Source: Squalus acanthias
Taxonomy: Eukaryota
Direction of reading: 5' to 3'
Assembly (NCBI GenBank): GCA_030390025.1
Contig: JASTWF010000035.1
Coordinates: 2,232,001-2,296,000 of the forward strand
DNA: 64,000 nucleotides
The first letter of the stretch is position 1. Each line of letters begins with the position of its first letter. Below the pieces are notes generated by a model. The model searched no databases. It was not told the DNA's origin and worked only from the letters and a program-made list of their open reading frames with translations. Below, in pieces: positions 11,701 to 23,700 of this stretch. A program made the translations under genes and the position numbers.

Positions 11701-14700
11701 TTTTCGAGGCACCGTATCAGCCAGTTGGTTGGCTTCTCGGGGACAAGGGGTATGCATTGAGCACCTGGCTGATGACACCGCTCCGTACGCCCAACACCCC
11801 TGCTGAGCTGCGGTACAATGAGAGCCATCAAGCTACCAGGAACATAACTAAGCGCACAATCGGCGTGCTGAAGCAACGGTTCCGCTGTCTCGACCATTCT
11901 GGAGGAGCCCTGCAGTACTCGCCTGAGCGAGTATCCAACTTCGTAGTCGTGTGCTGCATGTTGCATACATGGCAATCCTCAGGACCCAGCCAATGCCACC
12001 AGGCCTTGGAGCACCACCAGAGGAGGAGGAGGAAGAGGAGGAAGAGGACGAGGAGGATGATCATCAGCAGCACCAAGGCGGGAGGGCGGCCCACAATGGT
12101 CAAACTGCAAGGGCCGTCCGTCAACGGCTAATAGCAAGCCGCTTCTAGGGCCCCTGCTGTGGAAATGACTTCTGCCATTGCTAACAACATTAATGAACCC
12201 AGCACGCAACCCCTAAGCCGGCCAAGGCACCAATAATTCCAACCACCAACCATGTATATTTTGAATACAGAAACTTATTTATTTTACAAACTCTGTGTGT
12301 GTCAATTCCTCACGACAAACTCATAGAAATAAACACAAAAAAACAGTCAATAACATAACTGGTTCTCACAACCTGGAGATAATGTCCAAAACACTAAACA
12401 AAAGTTGGACCATGAACCTCGACCTTTAATAAAAAAATGACCAGCATTTTGTCACACCTCCTACTTTTTGCCCTTCGAGGGTGATCTCCTTCCCTTGCAC
12501 ACTTCCCCCCTTCTAACCCTACTGCTCCTCCGTAATGGGACCTCAGTGGCTGCAGCAAGGCTGGTGGAAGGCTGCTGCTCGTCAGACCCTGACACTGCAG
12601 ATGCCCCTGAAGGACGGCCTCGACCACTTCTGGGCCTGGAGGGCCCGGCTGCAGACTGCACCAACTCTGCATGGGCGGCAGCAGTCTGTCCTACAGGCGG
12701 TGGCAAGTGCAGTGGGGAAGTGACAGTGTTGGCAGCAGGAATGCTGTCATCGTGAGAGAGGCCAGCAACTCCCTGCTCGCCCGACACACTGGCACTCCCA
12801 CGGGGCAGCACTTCAGCATCCGGAGCAATCTGCTGGAGAACAGATTGCTGGCCTGCTGCGGCGCGGTGACAGCCCCGGGGACATGTGCACGAACCATCGA
12901 GGTTGGCAGCAGTCTGTGCTCGCGTGGCCTCCATCTGAGTCTGTATGAGAGCAGTCAGAGGTGGGATCACGGCAGCCAGTGACTGAATTGCAGCACTAAG
13001 CGTTAGTGTGGCATCCGCCTGTGCTACAGCGAAGTGCTCCACACTCCTTGCCAGTGACTCAATGCATTGGGGCACCCTTCCCACTGCACCCATGAGCTCA
13101 GTGTGCATGCCCACCGCCTGGGTGTTCATTTCTGCAATCAGCCGCTCCTCCTCTGCGTCCATTGCAGTAGGAGTGTCTGGCATACCCTCCCTCTGGGGAG
13201 AAGGCCCCCGTTCTTCCCTACCCCCCCCATGGCGTTGCTGCAGCCCGCTGGGTCCTGGAGCTTCACCATCATCAGCCCCTTCCCCCCTGCTCCCCTCCAG
13301 GGAAGGCGTGTTCCCAGTGTGGGCATGGGCTTCCTCGGGAGAGGGTGGCACTGATGCTCCGGCTTCCTCTTCCTCCTCGGCTGCAGCATCACTCCCAGTG
13401 GCAGCTTCAGGGCCCGTCTCCTCAGCTGGTGAATCACCATCTGAAAGCAGGGAGGTACAAGAGTGGCTTTAGCGTGAGGACAGGGTGGCAGTAAGGGAGG
13501 AATAAGTGCAGCGAGTTAGCAAGTTGGATTGAAAGTGTCAAAGGCTGGTGTTGTGAGGGACAAGTGGAAGGACAGAGGACAAAAAGGTGATGACCTTACC
13601 ATTGCTGTCCAGAACGGGGTCGGCGTCTCCAGTGGCGACGGGACCGATCACCCGGCTTGCCACAATCCTGTGGACGCGCTCCTCAAGATCGCTGAGGGGT
13701 TGCAGCTGAGGCCGCCCTCCACCTGTCCGTTGCTGCTGTCTCCGATTATGCGCCAGCTTGGCCTGTAAGAAAAAGGACAGCATCTGAGTAAATATACAGC
13801 CATGGTCTTGCCTGATGTGCCTCTCATAGGTGAATAGCCCTTACTGTATGCAAAGTGTGGAATGTGTGTGTGTGTTTCATGAAAGGGCCATAGGTGTTGG
13901 ATGAGTGTTGTGCATTGGGGTTTTAAGACCCTCTGGCCATAGAGTGAGGTTGAGATGGAGGGATGGAGAGGTATTGAGAAAAAGCCACTCACCCTGACGA
14001 CCCGAGTGAGGTCGTTGAACTTTTTGCGGCATTGAGTATGGGTCCTGGGCACCATGCTCCTGGAGGAGACGCTCTGAGCCACCTCCCTCCACACTCTTCT
14101 GCACTCGCATGGCAAAGGCCTCCTGCCACTCTCAGGGAAGAGCATACATCTTCTGCGCTCCACCGCGCCAACCAGAGCATCCAAGGCCCGCTCGGTGAAG
14201 CGATGAGCTCGTTCTCTCACCCTCTCCATCCTTGGCAGCAAAATGGATTCACAGGTCTCTCCAGGCCGAGATTCAAGGCTGCAATGAGCAGGGTGTGGCT
14301 GGGGAGCAAGTTGGCCCCCCCCGCTTTAAGAACTGGCCGGCGCCAGTGTGTCTGTGTTCCCTCGCTAACTGGCAGTAGCTGCGCTGCGCTCGCGCGCTGA
14401 GTTAGCGCCTCACTGCTCGGCCTTTGCGCCTTAAGACAGGTGTGCAGCGCCTGCTTTAGCGCTCCACTCACCTCCCGGGGCGGTAAACGTGAAGTTTCCA
14501 GTCAGTGCCGATAATTAGCGCCAGGCGCTAATATTTGCGTCCAGACGATATTTGCGCCCCAAATGGGGCGCGACCTAATTTTTCCCCCTAAGGAGTCAGC
14601 AAAGGGATATAGATAGGTTAAGTGAGTGGGCAAGAATTTGGCAGATGGAGTATAATGTGGGAAAATGTGAAGTTATCCACTTTAGTAGGAAGAATAGAAA

Positions 14701-17700
14701 AGAAAACTATTATTTAAATGGAGAAAGACTACAGAATGCAGCGGTACAGAGGGATTTGGGTGTCCTCGTACATGAAACACAAAAAGTTAACATGCAGGTG
14801 CAGCAAGTATTTAGGAAGGCAAATGGAATGTTGGTCTTTATTTCAAGGGGGATAGAGTGTAAAAGTAAGGAAGTCTTGCTACAACTGTACAGGGCACTGG
14901 TGAGACCATACCTAGAGTATTGCGTACAGTTTTCGTCCCCTTATTTAAGGAGGGATATACTTGCATTGCAGGCAGTTCAGAGAAAGTTCACTAGGTTGAT
15001 TCCTGGGATGGAAGGGTTGTCTTATGAGGAAAGGTTGAGCAGGTTGGGCCTACACTCATTGGAGTTTAGAAAAATGAGAGGTGATCTTATTGAAACATAT
15101 AGGGGGAGAAATTCGGTATTGCCCCGTTTGGGGCGCAATTATCGGCCGGGCACAAAGTTTAGCGCCTGCCGCTAATTATCGCCTCCGACTGCAAACTTGG
15201 CTTCTATCGCCCCTGGAGGTGACTGGAGCGCTAAATCAGGTGCCACACACCTCCCTTAAGGCGCTAACGCCGAGAAGCGAGGCGCTACCTCAGAGCGCTG
15301 GCGAAGCTCAGGTGATGTCAGTTAGCAATGGAACACAGACACACAGGCACCAGCCATATCTTAAAGGGCAGGGTCGATCTTGCTCTCCATCCACACCCTG
15401 CTCATTGCAGCCTTGAATCTCGGCCTGGAGAGACCTGTACATCAATTCTGCTAGAAAGAACAATGGAGAGGCCCAAGGAAAGAGCTCAGAGTGCAACCCC
15501 CCACAGTCTCTTCGAAATCGATGCAATTAGAAGGTCAAATCAAAATGAACCTGGAAAGTGCTGCTCAGTACCCAAAACTCCTTCACACAGCATTGAATCT
15601 CTCTAGAAGTCTCTCTCCTTCTCTCAGAATGCGTGGTACAAAAATGTCGCCGACAAAAAAAGGCAGGAAGCAGCCGCCTTTAAATAGCGCTCCCCCAGTC
15701 CCTTAGGGCGCTAACGGGAGGCGCAAAGCAACCAAATTTTTCCCCCATAAGATTCTGAGGGGGTTGGACAAGGTAGATGCTGAGAGGATGTTTCCCCTCA
15801 TCAGGGAATCTAGGACGAGGGGTCATAGTCTCAGAATAAGGGGGTCGCCCATTTAAGACGGAGATGAGGAGGAATTTCTTCTCTCAGAGGGTCGTGAATC
15901 TTTGGAATTCTTTACCCTAGAGAGCTGTGGAAGCTGAGTCATTAAATATATTCAAGGCGGAGATAGACAGATTTTTGAGCAACAGGGGAGTCGAGGGTTA
16001 TGGGGAACGGGCAGGAAAGTGGAGTTGAGGCTAAAATCGGATCAGCCATGATCTCATTAAATGGCAGAGCAGGCTCGAGGGGCCGAATGGCCCGCTCCTG
16101 CTCCTATTTCTTACGTTCTTTTGTTCTTATAAGGTGCTACACAAGAGGTTATTAAACAAAATTAGGGCTCATGGGATTGGGGGTAATATATGAGCATGGA
16201 TTGAGGATTGGTTAACGGACAGAAAGCAGAGAGCAGGAATAAAGGGTCATTAACGGGTTGGCAGGCTGTAACTAGTGAGGTACCGCAAGGATCAGTGCTT
16301 GGGCCTCAGCTATTCACAATCTACATCAATGATTTGGATGAGGGGACCAAATGTAATATATCCAAGTTTGCTGATGATACAAAGCTGGGTGGGAATGTAA
16401 GTTGTGAGGAGGCAGCAAGGAGGCGTCAAGGGGATACAGACAGGCTAAGTGAGTGGGCAAGAACATGGCAAATGGAATATTATGTGGAGAAATGTGAAGT
16501 TATCCACTTTGGTAGGAAAATAGAAAAGCAGAGTATTTTATAAATGGTGAGAGATTGGGAAATGTTGTTTGTTTTCAGGGACCTGGGTGTCTGTGTACAC
16601 TAATCACTGAAAGTTAACATGCAGGTACAGCAGGCAATTAGGAAAGCAAATGGTATGTTGGCCTCTATTACAAGAGGATTTCAGAATAAGAGTAAACATA
16701 GAAGATAGGAGCAGGAGTAGGCCATTCGGCCCCTCGAGCCTGCTCCGTCATTTAATGAGATCATGGCTGATCATCCAAATTCAGTACCCTGTCCCTGCTT
16801 TCTCCCCATATCCGTTGATCGCTTTAGCCTTAAGAAATGTATCTAACTCATTCTTGAATATATTTAATGAATTGGCCTCAACTGCCTTGTGTGGTAGAGA
16901 ATTCCACAGGTTCACCACTCTCTGGGTGAAGAAATTCCTCCTCATCTCAGTCCTAAATGGCTTACCCCTTATCCTTAGACTGTGACCCCTGGTTCTGGAC
17001 TCCCCCGCCATCGGGAACATCCTTCCTGCATCAAGTCTGTCTAGTTCTGTTAGAATTTTATAAGTTTCAATGAGATCCCCTCTCATTCTTCTAAACTCCA
17101 GCGAATATAAGCCCAATCGACCCAATCTCTCCTCATACGTCATTCCTGCCATCCCAGGTATCAGTCTGGTGAATCTTCGCTGCACACCCTCCATGGCAAG
17201 AACATCCTTCCTCAGGTAAGGCGACCAAAACTGCATACAGTACTCAAGGTGTGGTCTCACCAAGGCCCTGTATAACTGCAGCAAGACATCCTTGCTCCTG
17301 TACTCGAATCCTCTCGCTATGAAGGCCAACATACCATTTGCCTTCTTAACCGCCTGCTGCACCTGCATGCTTACCTTCAGCGACTGGAGCACAAGGACAC
17401 CCAGGTCTCGTTGCACTTCCCCTTCTCCCAATCTATTGCCATTCAGATAATAATCTGCCTTCCTGTTTTTGCCACCAAAGTAGATAACCTCGCATTTATC
17501 CACATTATACTGCATCTGCCATGCATCTGCCCAATCACCCAACCTGTCCAAATCATACTGGAGTTTCTCGGCATCCTCCTCACAGCACACACACGCCCAC
17601 CCAGCTTTGTGTTATCTGCAAACTTGGAGATATTACATCTAGTTCCCTCGTCTAGATCATTAATATATATTGTGAATAGCTGGGGTCCTAGCACCGATCC

Positions 17701-20700
17701 CTGTGGTACCCCACTAGTCACTGCCTGCCACTCGGAAAAAGACCCGTTTATTTCAACTCTTTGCTTCCTGTCTGCCAACCAGTTCTCTATCCAAGTCAGT
17801 ACCTTGCCCCCAATCCCATGTGCTTTAACTTTACACGCTAATCTCTTATGCGGGACCTTATCGAAAGCCTTCTGAAAGTCGAAATACACCACATCCACTG
17901 GTTCTCCCTTATCTATTCTACCAGTAAAGATGTCTTGCTGTAATTATATAGGGCCCTGGTCAGCGGCGAGGCGGCAGAGGCGGCGGACCTGCGAGGGAAC
18001 AGAGGCGGCGAGCGGCGGTACTTAAGGTGAGCCCCGAGGCGGCAGCGAGGCCTAGAGCGGCGAGGAGGCAGAGGCGGCGGACCTGCGAGGGAACAGAGGC
18101 GGCGAGCGGCGGTACTTAAGGTGAGCCCCGAGGCGGCAGCGAGGCCTAGAGCGGCGAGGAGGCAGAGGCGGCGGACCTGCGAGGGAACAGAGGCGGCGAG
18201 CGGCGCTACTTAAGGTGAGCCCCGAGGCGGTTTACAAATCCAGGTTCCGGGAGAGGGAAGCAAAAAGTATTCGTAGTGTGACATCACAAAAAGCAGGTAA
18301 GTGATTGGTTGGTGAGTGTTTTCTTTCTCAATTTTTCTAAACTTAAATTTTGTGGTTTCTACGGTCTCTTTGTGTAGCGGGGACTACTGTTAAGCAAGGG
18401 CCCTTGAGTATATCACTTAATTCCAGTGTAATTGGTTGGATATATTTAATTTAAATTTAATTTTAATTAAATAATTAATTAAAGGGTAAGTCATGGCAGG
18501 ACAGCTTGGTGCTGTGACATGTTCTTCCTGCACTATGTGGGAAATCAGGGACACTTCCTGTGTCCCTGACAACTATGTGTGCGGGAGGTGTATCCAGCTG
18601 CAGCTACTGACAGACCGCATTGTGGTGCTGGAGCTGCGGATGGATGCATACTGGAGCATTTGCGATGCTGAGGACATCGTGGATAGCACGCTTAGGGAGT
18701 TGGTCACACCGCAGGTAAAGGGTGTACAGGCAGGAAGGGAATGGGTGACCACCAGGCAGAGTAATAGGCGCTGGGAGGTAGTGCAGGGGTCCCCTGTGGC
18801 CATCCTCCTCTCAAACAGATATACCGCTTTGGATATTGTTGAGGGAGATGGCTTATCAGGGGAAGACAGCAGCAGCCAACTTCCTAGCACCGTGGGTGGG
18901 TCTGCTGCACAGGATGGGAGGAAAAAGAGTGGGAGAGCTATAGTGATAGGGGATTCTATTGTAATGGGAATAGATAGGCATTTCTGCGGCCGCAAACGAG
19001 ACTCCAGGATGGTATGTTGCCTCCCTGGTGCAAGGGTCAAGGATGTCTCAGAGCGGCAACAGAGCATTTTGGAAGGGGAGGGTGAACAGCCAGTTGTCGT
19101 GGTGCATATAGGTATCAACGATATAGGTAAAAAACGGGATGAGGTCCTAACAGCAGAATATAGGGAGTTAGGAGGTAAATTAAAAAATAGGACCTCAAAG
19201 GTAGTAATCTCAGGATTGCTACCAGTGCCACGTGCTAGTCAGAGTAGACATAGAAGGATATTTCAAATGAATACGTGGCTAGAGGAATGGTACAAGGGGG
19301 AGGGATTCAAATTCCTGGGGCATTGGAACCGGTTCTGGGGGAGGTGGGACCAGTACAAACCGGACGGTCTACACCTGGGCAGGGCCGGGACCGATGTCCT
19401 AGGGGGAGTGTTTGCGAGTGCTCTGGGGAGGGTTTAAACTAAAATGGCAGGAGGTTGGGAACCTGAGCAGGGAGACAGAGGAAAGGGAAACAAGGATAAA
19501 AGCAAAAGATAGGAAGGAGAAAAACAAAAGTGGCAGTCAGAGAAAACAACGGTTTAAATCAAACATGGCCACAGTAAATATTAATTCTAATAGGTCTAAG
19601 AGCGTTATAAAAACAAGCCTGAAGGCTTTGTGTCTTAATGCAAGGAGCATTCGGAACAAGGTGGATGAATTAGCTGCGCAAATAGAGGTAAACGAAGATG
19701 ATTTGATTGGGATTACAGAAACATGGCTCCAGGGTGGCCAAGGCTGGGAACTCAACATCCAGGGGTACTCAATATTTAGGAAAGATAGGCAAAAAGGAAA
19801 GGGAGGTGGGGTAGCATTGCTGGTTAAAGAGGGGATTAACACAATTGAAAGGAAGGATATTAGCTCTGATGATGTGGAATCTGTATGGGTTGAACTGAGA
19901 AAGAACAAGGGGCAGAAAACGTTTTTGGGAGTGATATATCGACCTCCAAACAGTAATGTGGAGGTTGGGGATGGCATTAAAAGGGAAATTAGAGAAGCGT
20001 GCAATAACGGCACAGCAATCATCATGGGTGACTTTAATCTACATATAGATTGGGCTAACCAAATTAGTAACAATACTATGGAGGAGGAATTCCTGGAGTG
20101 TTTACGGGATGGTTTCCTGGACCAATATGTCGAGGAACCAACCAGAGATCAGGCCATCTTAGACTGGGTATTATGCAATGATAAAGGATTAATTAGCAAT
20201 CTTATTGTGCGAGGCCCCTTGGGTCGGAGCGATCATAATATGATCGAATTCTTCATTAGGATGGAGAGTGAAGTAGTTGACTCAGAGACTAGGGTCCTGA
20301 ATTTAAATAAAGGAAACTACGATGGTATGAGGTGTGAGTTGAGTAGGATTGATTGGGGAATGTCACTTAAAGGGTTGACGGTGGATAGGCAATGGCAAAT
20401 ATTCAAAGACAGCATGGACGAACTACAGAATTTGTTCATCCCAGTTTGGCATAAGAATAAAACAAAAAGGGTGACTCAACCGTGGCTAACAAGGGAAATT
20501 AGGGATCGCGTAAGATCCAAGGAGAGGGCATATAAATTGGCCAGAAAAAGCAGTAACCCTGAGGATTGGGAGCAGTTTAAGATTCAACAAAGGAGGACAA
20601 AGGGATTAATTAAGAAGGGGAAAATAGAATACGAGAGTAAGCTTGCAGGGAACATAAAAACTGACTAAAAGCTTTTATAGATATGTGAAGAGAAAAAGAT

Positions 20701-23700
20701 TAGTGAAATCAAGCATAGGTCCCTTGCAGTCAGAATCAGGGGAATTTATAATGGGGAACAAAGAAATGTCAGGCCAAATAAATACATATTTTGGTTCAGT
20801 CTTCACAAAGGAGGACACAAATAACCTCCCAGAGTTGTTGGGGAACATAGGGTCTGATGAAAGGGAGGAACTGAAAGAAATCAGTATTTGTAGGGAAATG
20901 GTGTTAGGGAAATTGAAGGGATTGAAGGCCGATAAATCCCCAGGGCCTGATAATCTACATCCCAGGGTACTTAAGGAAGTGGCCCTAGAAATAGTAGATG
21001 CATTGCTGATCATCTTCCAACATTCGATGGAATCTGGAACAGTACCCATGGATTGGAGGGTAGCTAATGTTACCCCACTATTCAAAAAGAGTGGTAGAGA
21101 GAAAACAGGGAATTACAGACCGGTAAGCCTGATGTCGGTAGTGGGGAAAATGTTAGAGTACATTATAAAAGATGTAATAGCTGAGCACTTGCAAAACAGT
21201 GACAGGATCGGACAAAGTCAACATGGATTTACAAAAGGTAAATCATGCTTGACTAATCTACTGGAATTTTTTGAGGATGTAACTGGTAAAATAGATAAGG
21301 GAGAACCAGTGGATGTGGTGTATTTGGACTTCCAAAAGGCTTTTGATAAGGTCCTGCATAAGAGATTAGCGTGTAAAGTTAAGGCACATGGGATTGGGGG
21401 CAAGGTATTGACTTGGATAGAGAACTGGTTGGCAGACAGAAAGCAAAGAGTTGGAATAAACGGGTCTTTTTCCGAGTGGCAGGCAGTGACTAGTGGGGTA
21501 CCGCAGGGATCGGTCATTGGACCCCAGCTATTCACAATATATATTAATGATCTAGACAAGGGAACTAGATGTAATATCTCCAAGTTTGCAGACGACACAA
21601 AACTGGGTGGGCGTGTGTGCTGCGAGGAGGATGCCGAGAAACTCCAGGATGATTTGGACAGGTTGGGTGATTGGGCAGAAGCGTGGCAGATGCAATATAA
21701 TGTGGATAAATGCGAGGTTATCCACTTTGGTGTCAAACGCGCCAACCAGAGCATCCAAGGCCCGCTCGGTGAAGCGATGAGCTCGTTCTCTCACCCTCTC
21801 CATCCTTGGCAGCAAAATGGATTCACAGGTCTCTCCAGGCCGAGATTCAAGGCTGCAATGAGCAGGGTGTGGCTGGGGAGCAAGTTGGCCCCCCCCGCTT
21901 TAAGAACTGGCCGGCGCCAGTGTGTCTGTGTTCCCTCGCTAACTGGCAGCAGCTGCGCTGCGCTCGCGCGCTGAGTTAGCGCCTCACTGCTCGGCCTTTG
22001 CGCCTTAAGACAGGTGTGCAGCGCCTGATTTAGCGCTCCACTCACCTCCCGGGGCGGTAAACGTGAAGTTTCCAGTCAGTGCCGATAATTAGCATACCGT
22101 TTGCCTTCTTGATCGCCTGTTGCACCTGCATGCTCGCCTTCAGTGACTGGTGTACAAGAACACCCAGGTCTTTCTGTACTTCCCCCTCTCCCAATTTATT
22201 GCCATTTAAATAATAATTTGCCCTCCCGTTCCTGCACCCAAGGTGGATAACTTCGCACTTGTCCACATTATAGTGCATCTGCCATTTATCCGCCCAATCA
22301 CCCAGTCTGTCCAAATCGCTCTGGAGCTTCCTGGTCTCCTCCTCTGAGCCCACCCCCCCTCCTAGTTTAGTGTCGTCTGCAAATTTGGAAATGCTGCATC
22401 CGACTCCCTGATCCAGGTCATTAATGTAAATTGTGAACAGCTGGGGACCCAGGACAGATCCCTGTGGTACCCCACTTGTTACTGCCTGCCATTCAGAAAA
22501 TGAGCCGTTTATTCCAACTCTCTGTTTTCTATCTGACAGCCAGTTCTCTATCCACGTCAATACTTTCCCCTTTATCCCATGAGCTTCAATTTTCCATGCT
22601 AATTTTTTATGTGGGACCTTGTCGAAGGCCTTTTGGAAGTCCAGGTACACCACATCTACTGGCTCTCCCCCATCTATTTTACCAGTTACTCCCTCAAAAA
22701 ATTCCAATAGATTAGTCAAGCACGATTTACCCTTTGTAAATCCATGTTGACTCTGTCCTATCCTGTCCCCATTTGCTAAGTGCTCCGCTATTTCATCCTT
22801 AATGATGGACTCCAGCATTTTGCCCACAACTGATGTAAGGCTTACAGGTCTGTAATTACCTGCTTTTTCCCTACCCCCCTTTTTGAATAGTGGGGTAACG
22901 TTAGCTACCCTCCAATCCATGGGCACTGTTCCCGAGTCTAATGAATTCTGAAAAATCATACTTAGTGCATCCGCTATCTCTAGGGCCACCTCCTTCAGTA
23001 CCCTAGGATGCATGTTATCAGGCCCTGGGGATTTATCCGCCTTCAATCCCTTTAGCTTCCTTAACACCATATCCTTAGAGATATTGATTTGCGTCAGTTC
23101 CTCCTTTGCCCATGTCCCTATTTTTCCCGATATCCCAGGAGGTTTTTTGTGTCTTCCTTCGTAAAGACTGACCCAAAGTATGCATTTAGTTGGTCTGCCA
23201 TTTCCTTATTTCCCGTTATATATTCCCCCGTATCTGACTGCAATGGACCAACTTTGGTTTTCACCAGTCTTTTCCTCTTGATATACTTATAAAAGCTTTT
23301 GGAGTTAGTTTTTATATTTTCCGCCAGCTTGCTTTCGTAAGCTATTTTGCCCCTCTTGATTAAGCCCTTTGTCCTCCTTTGCTCTATCTTAAACCGTTCC
23401 CAATCTTCCACTCTGGCGCTTTTTTTGGCTATTTTATACGCCCTATCTTTGGATTTTATGCTGTCTCTAATTTCCCCTGTTATCCACGGTTGAGTCACCT
23501 TTTTAGATTTCCTTTTATGCCAGATTGGTATAAACAATTTTTGCAATTTTGTCATTCTATCTTTAAATGCTTGCCATTGTTTATCTACCTCCAGTCCTCC
23601 CAGGAACGTTGTCCAATCAGACCTACTCAGTTCCCGTCTAATGGCATCATAATTCCCCTTGTTTAAATTCAGGACCTTAGTCTCTGAGTCAATTTCTTCG

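Larger units (their letters stand above)
10477..14588 (+). mobile_element. Full-length PIF/Harbinger DNA transposon (4112 bp) with two convergent genes
   Basis: TIRs ggggttaaaaatt / aatttttccccc; TSD TAA at 10474-10476 and 14589-14591; transposase on + and spliced Myb/SANT gene on -; CpG-rich subterminal palindromes. Confidence 0.96.
10060..16130 (+). mobile_element. CR1 LINE (RT core to 3' tail) hosting two Harbinger insertions; CR1 parts are 10060-10476, 14589-15101 and 15747-16130
   Basis: RT sequence is continuous across both insertion sites (gaggacaTAAggagtc and gaaacatATAagattct); tail ends at 16130. Confidence 0.9.
17962..21737 (+). mobile_element. CR1 LINE with 5' UTR, ORF1 and ORF2 (APE-RT), 3' end missing
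   Basis: GC-rich 5' repeats, ORF1 18493-19437, ORF2 19412-21737 with a frameshift near 20666; breaks off after CEVIHFG. Confidence 0.93.

Noticed and set aside
10902..12131. Domesticated HARBI1 host gene
   Set aside because: It lies between TIRs with a TSD inside a CR1, is paired with ORF2, and carries a frameshift and a probable E>K change.
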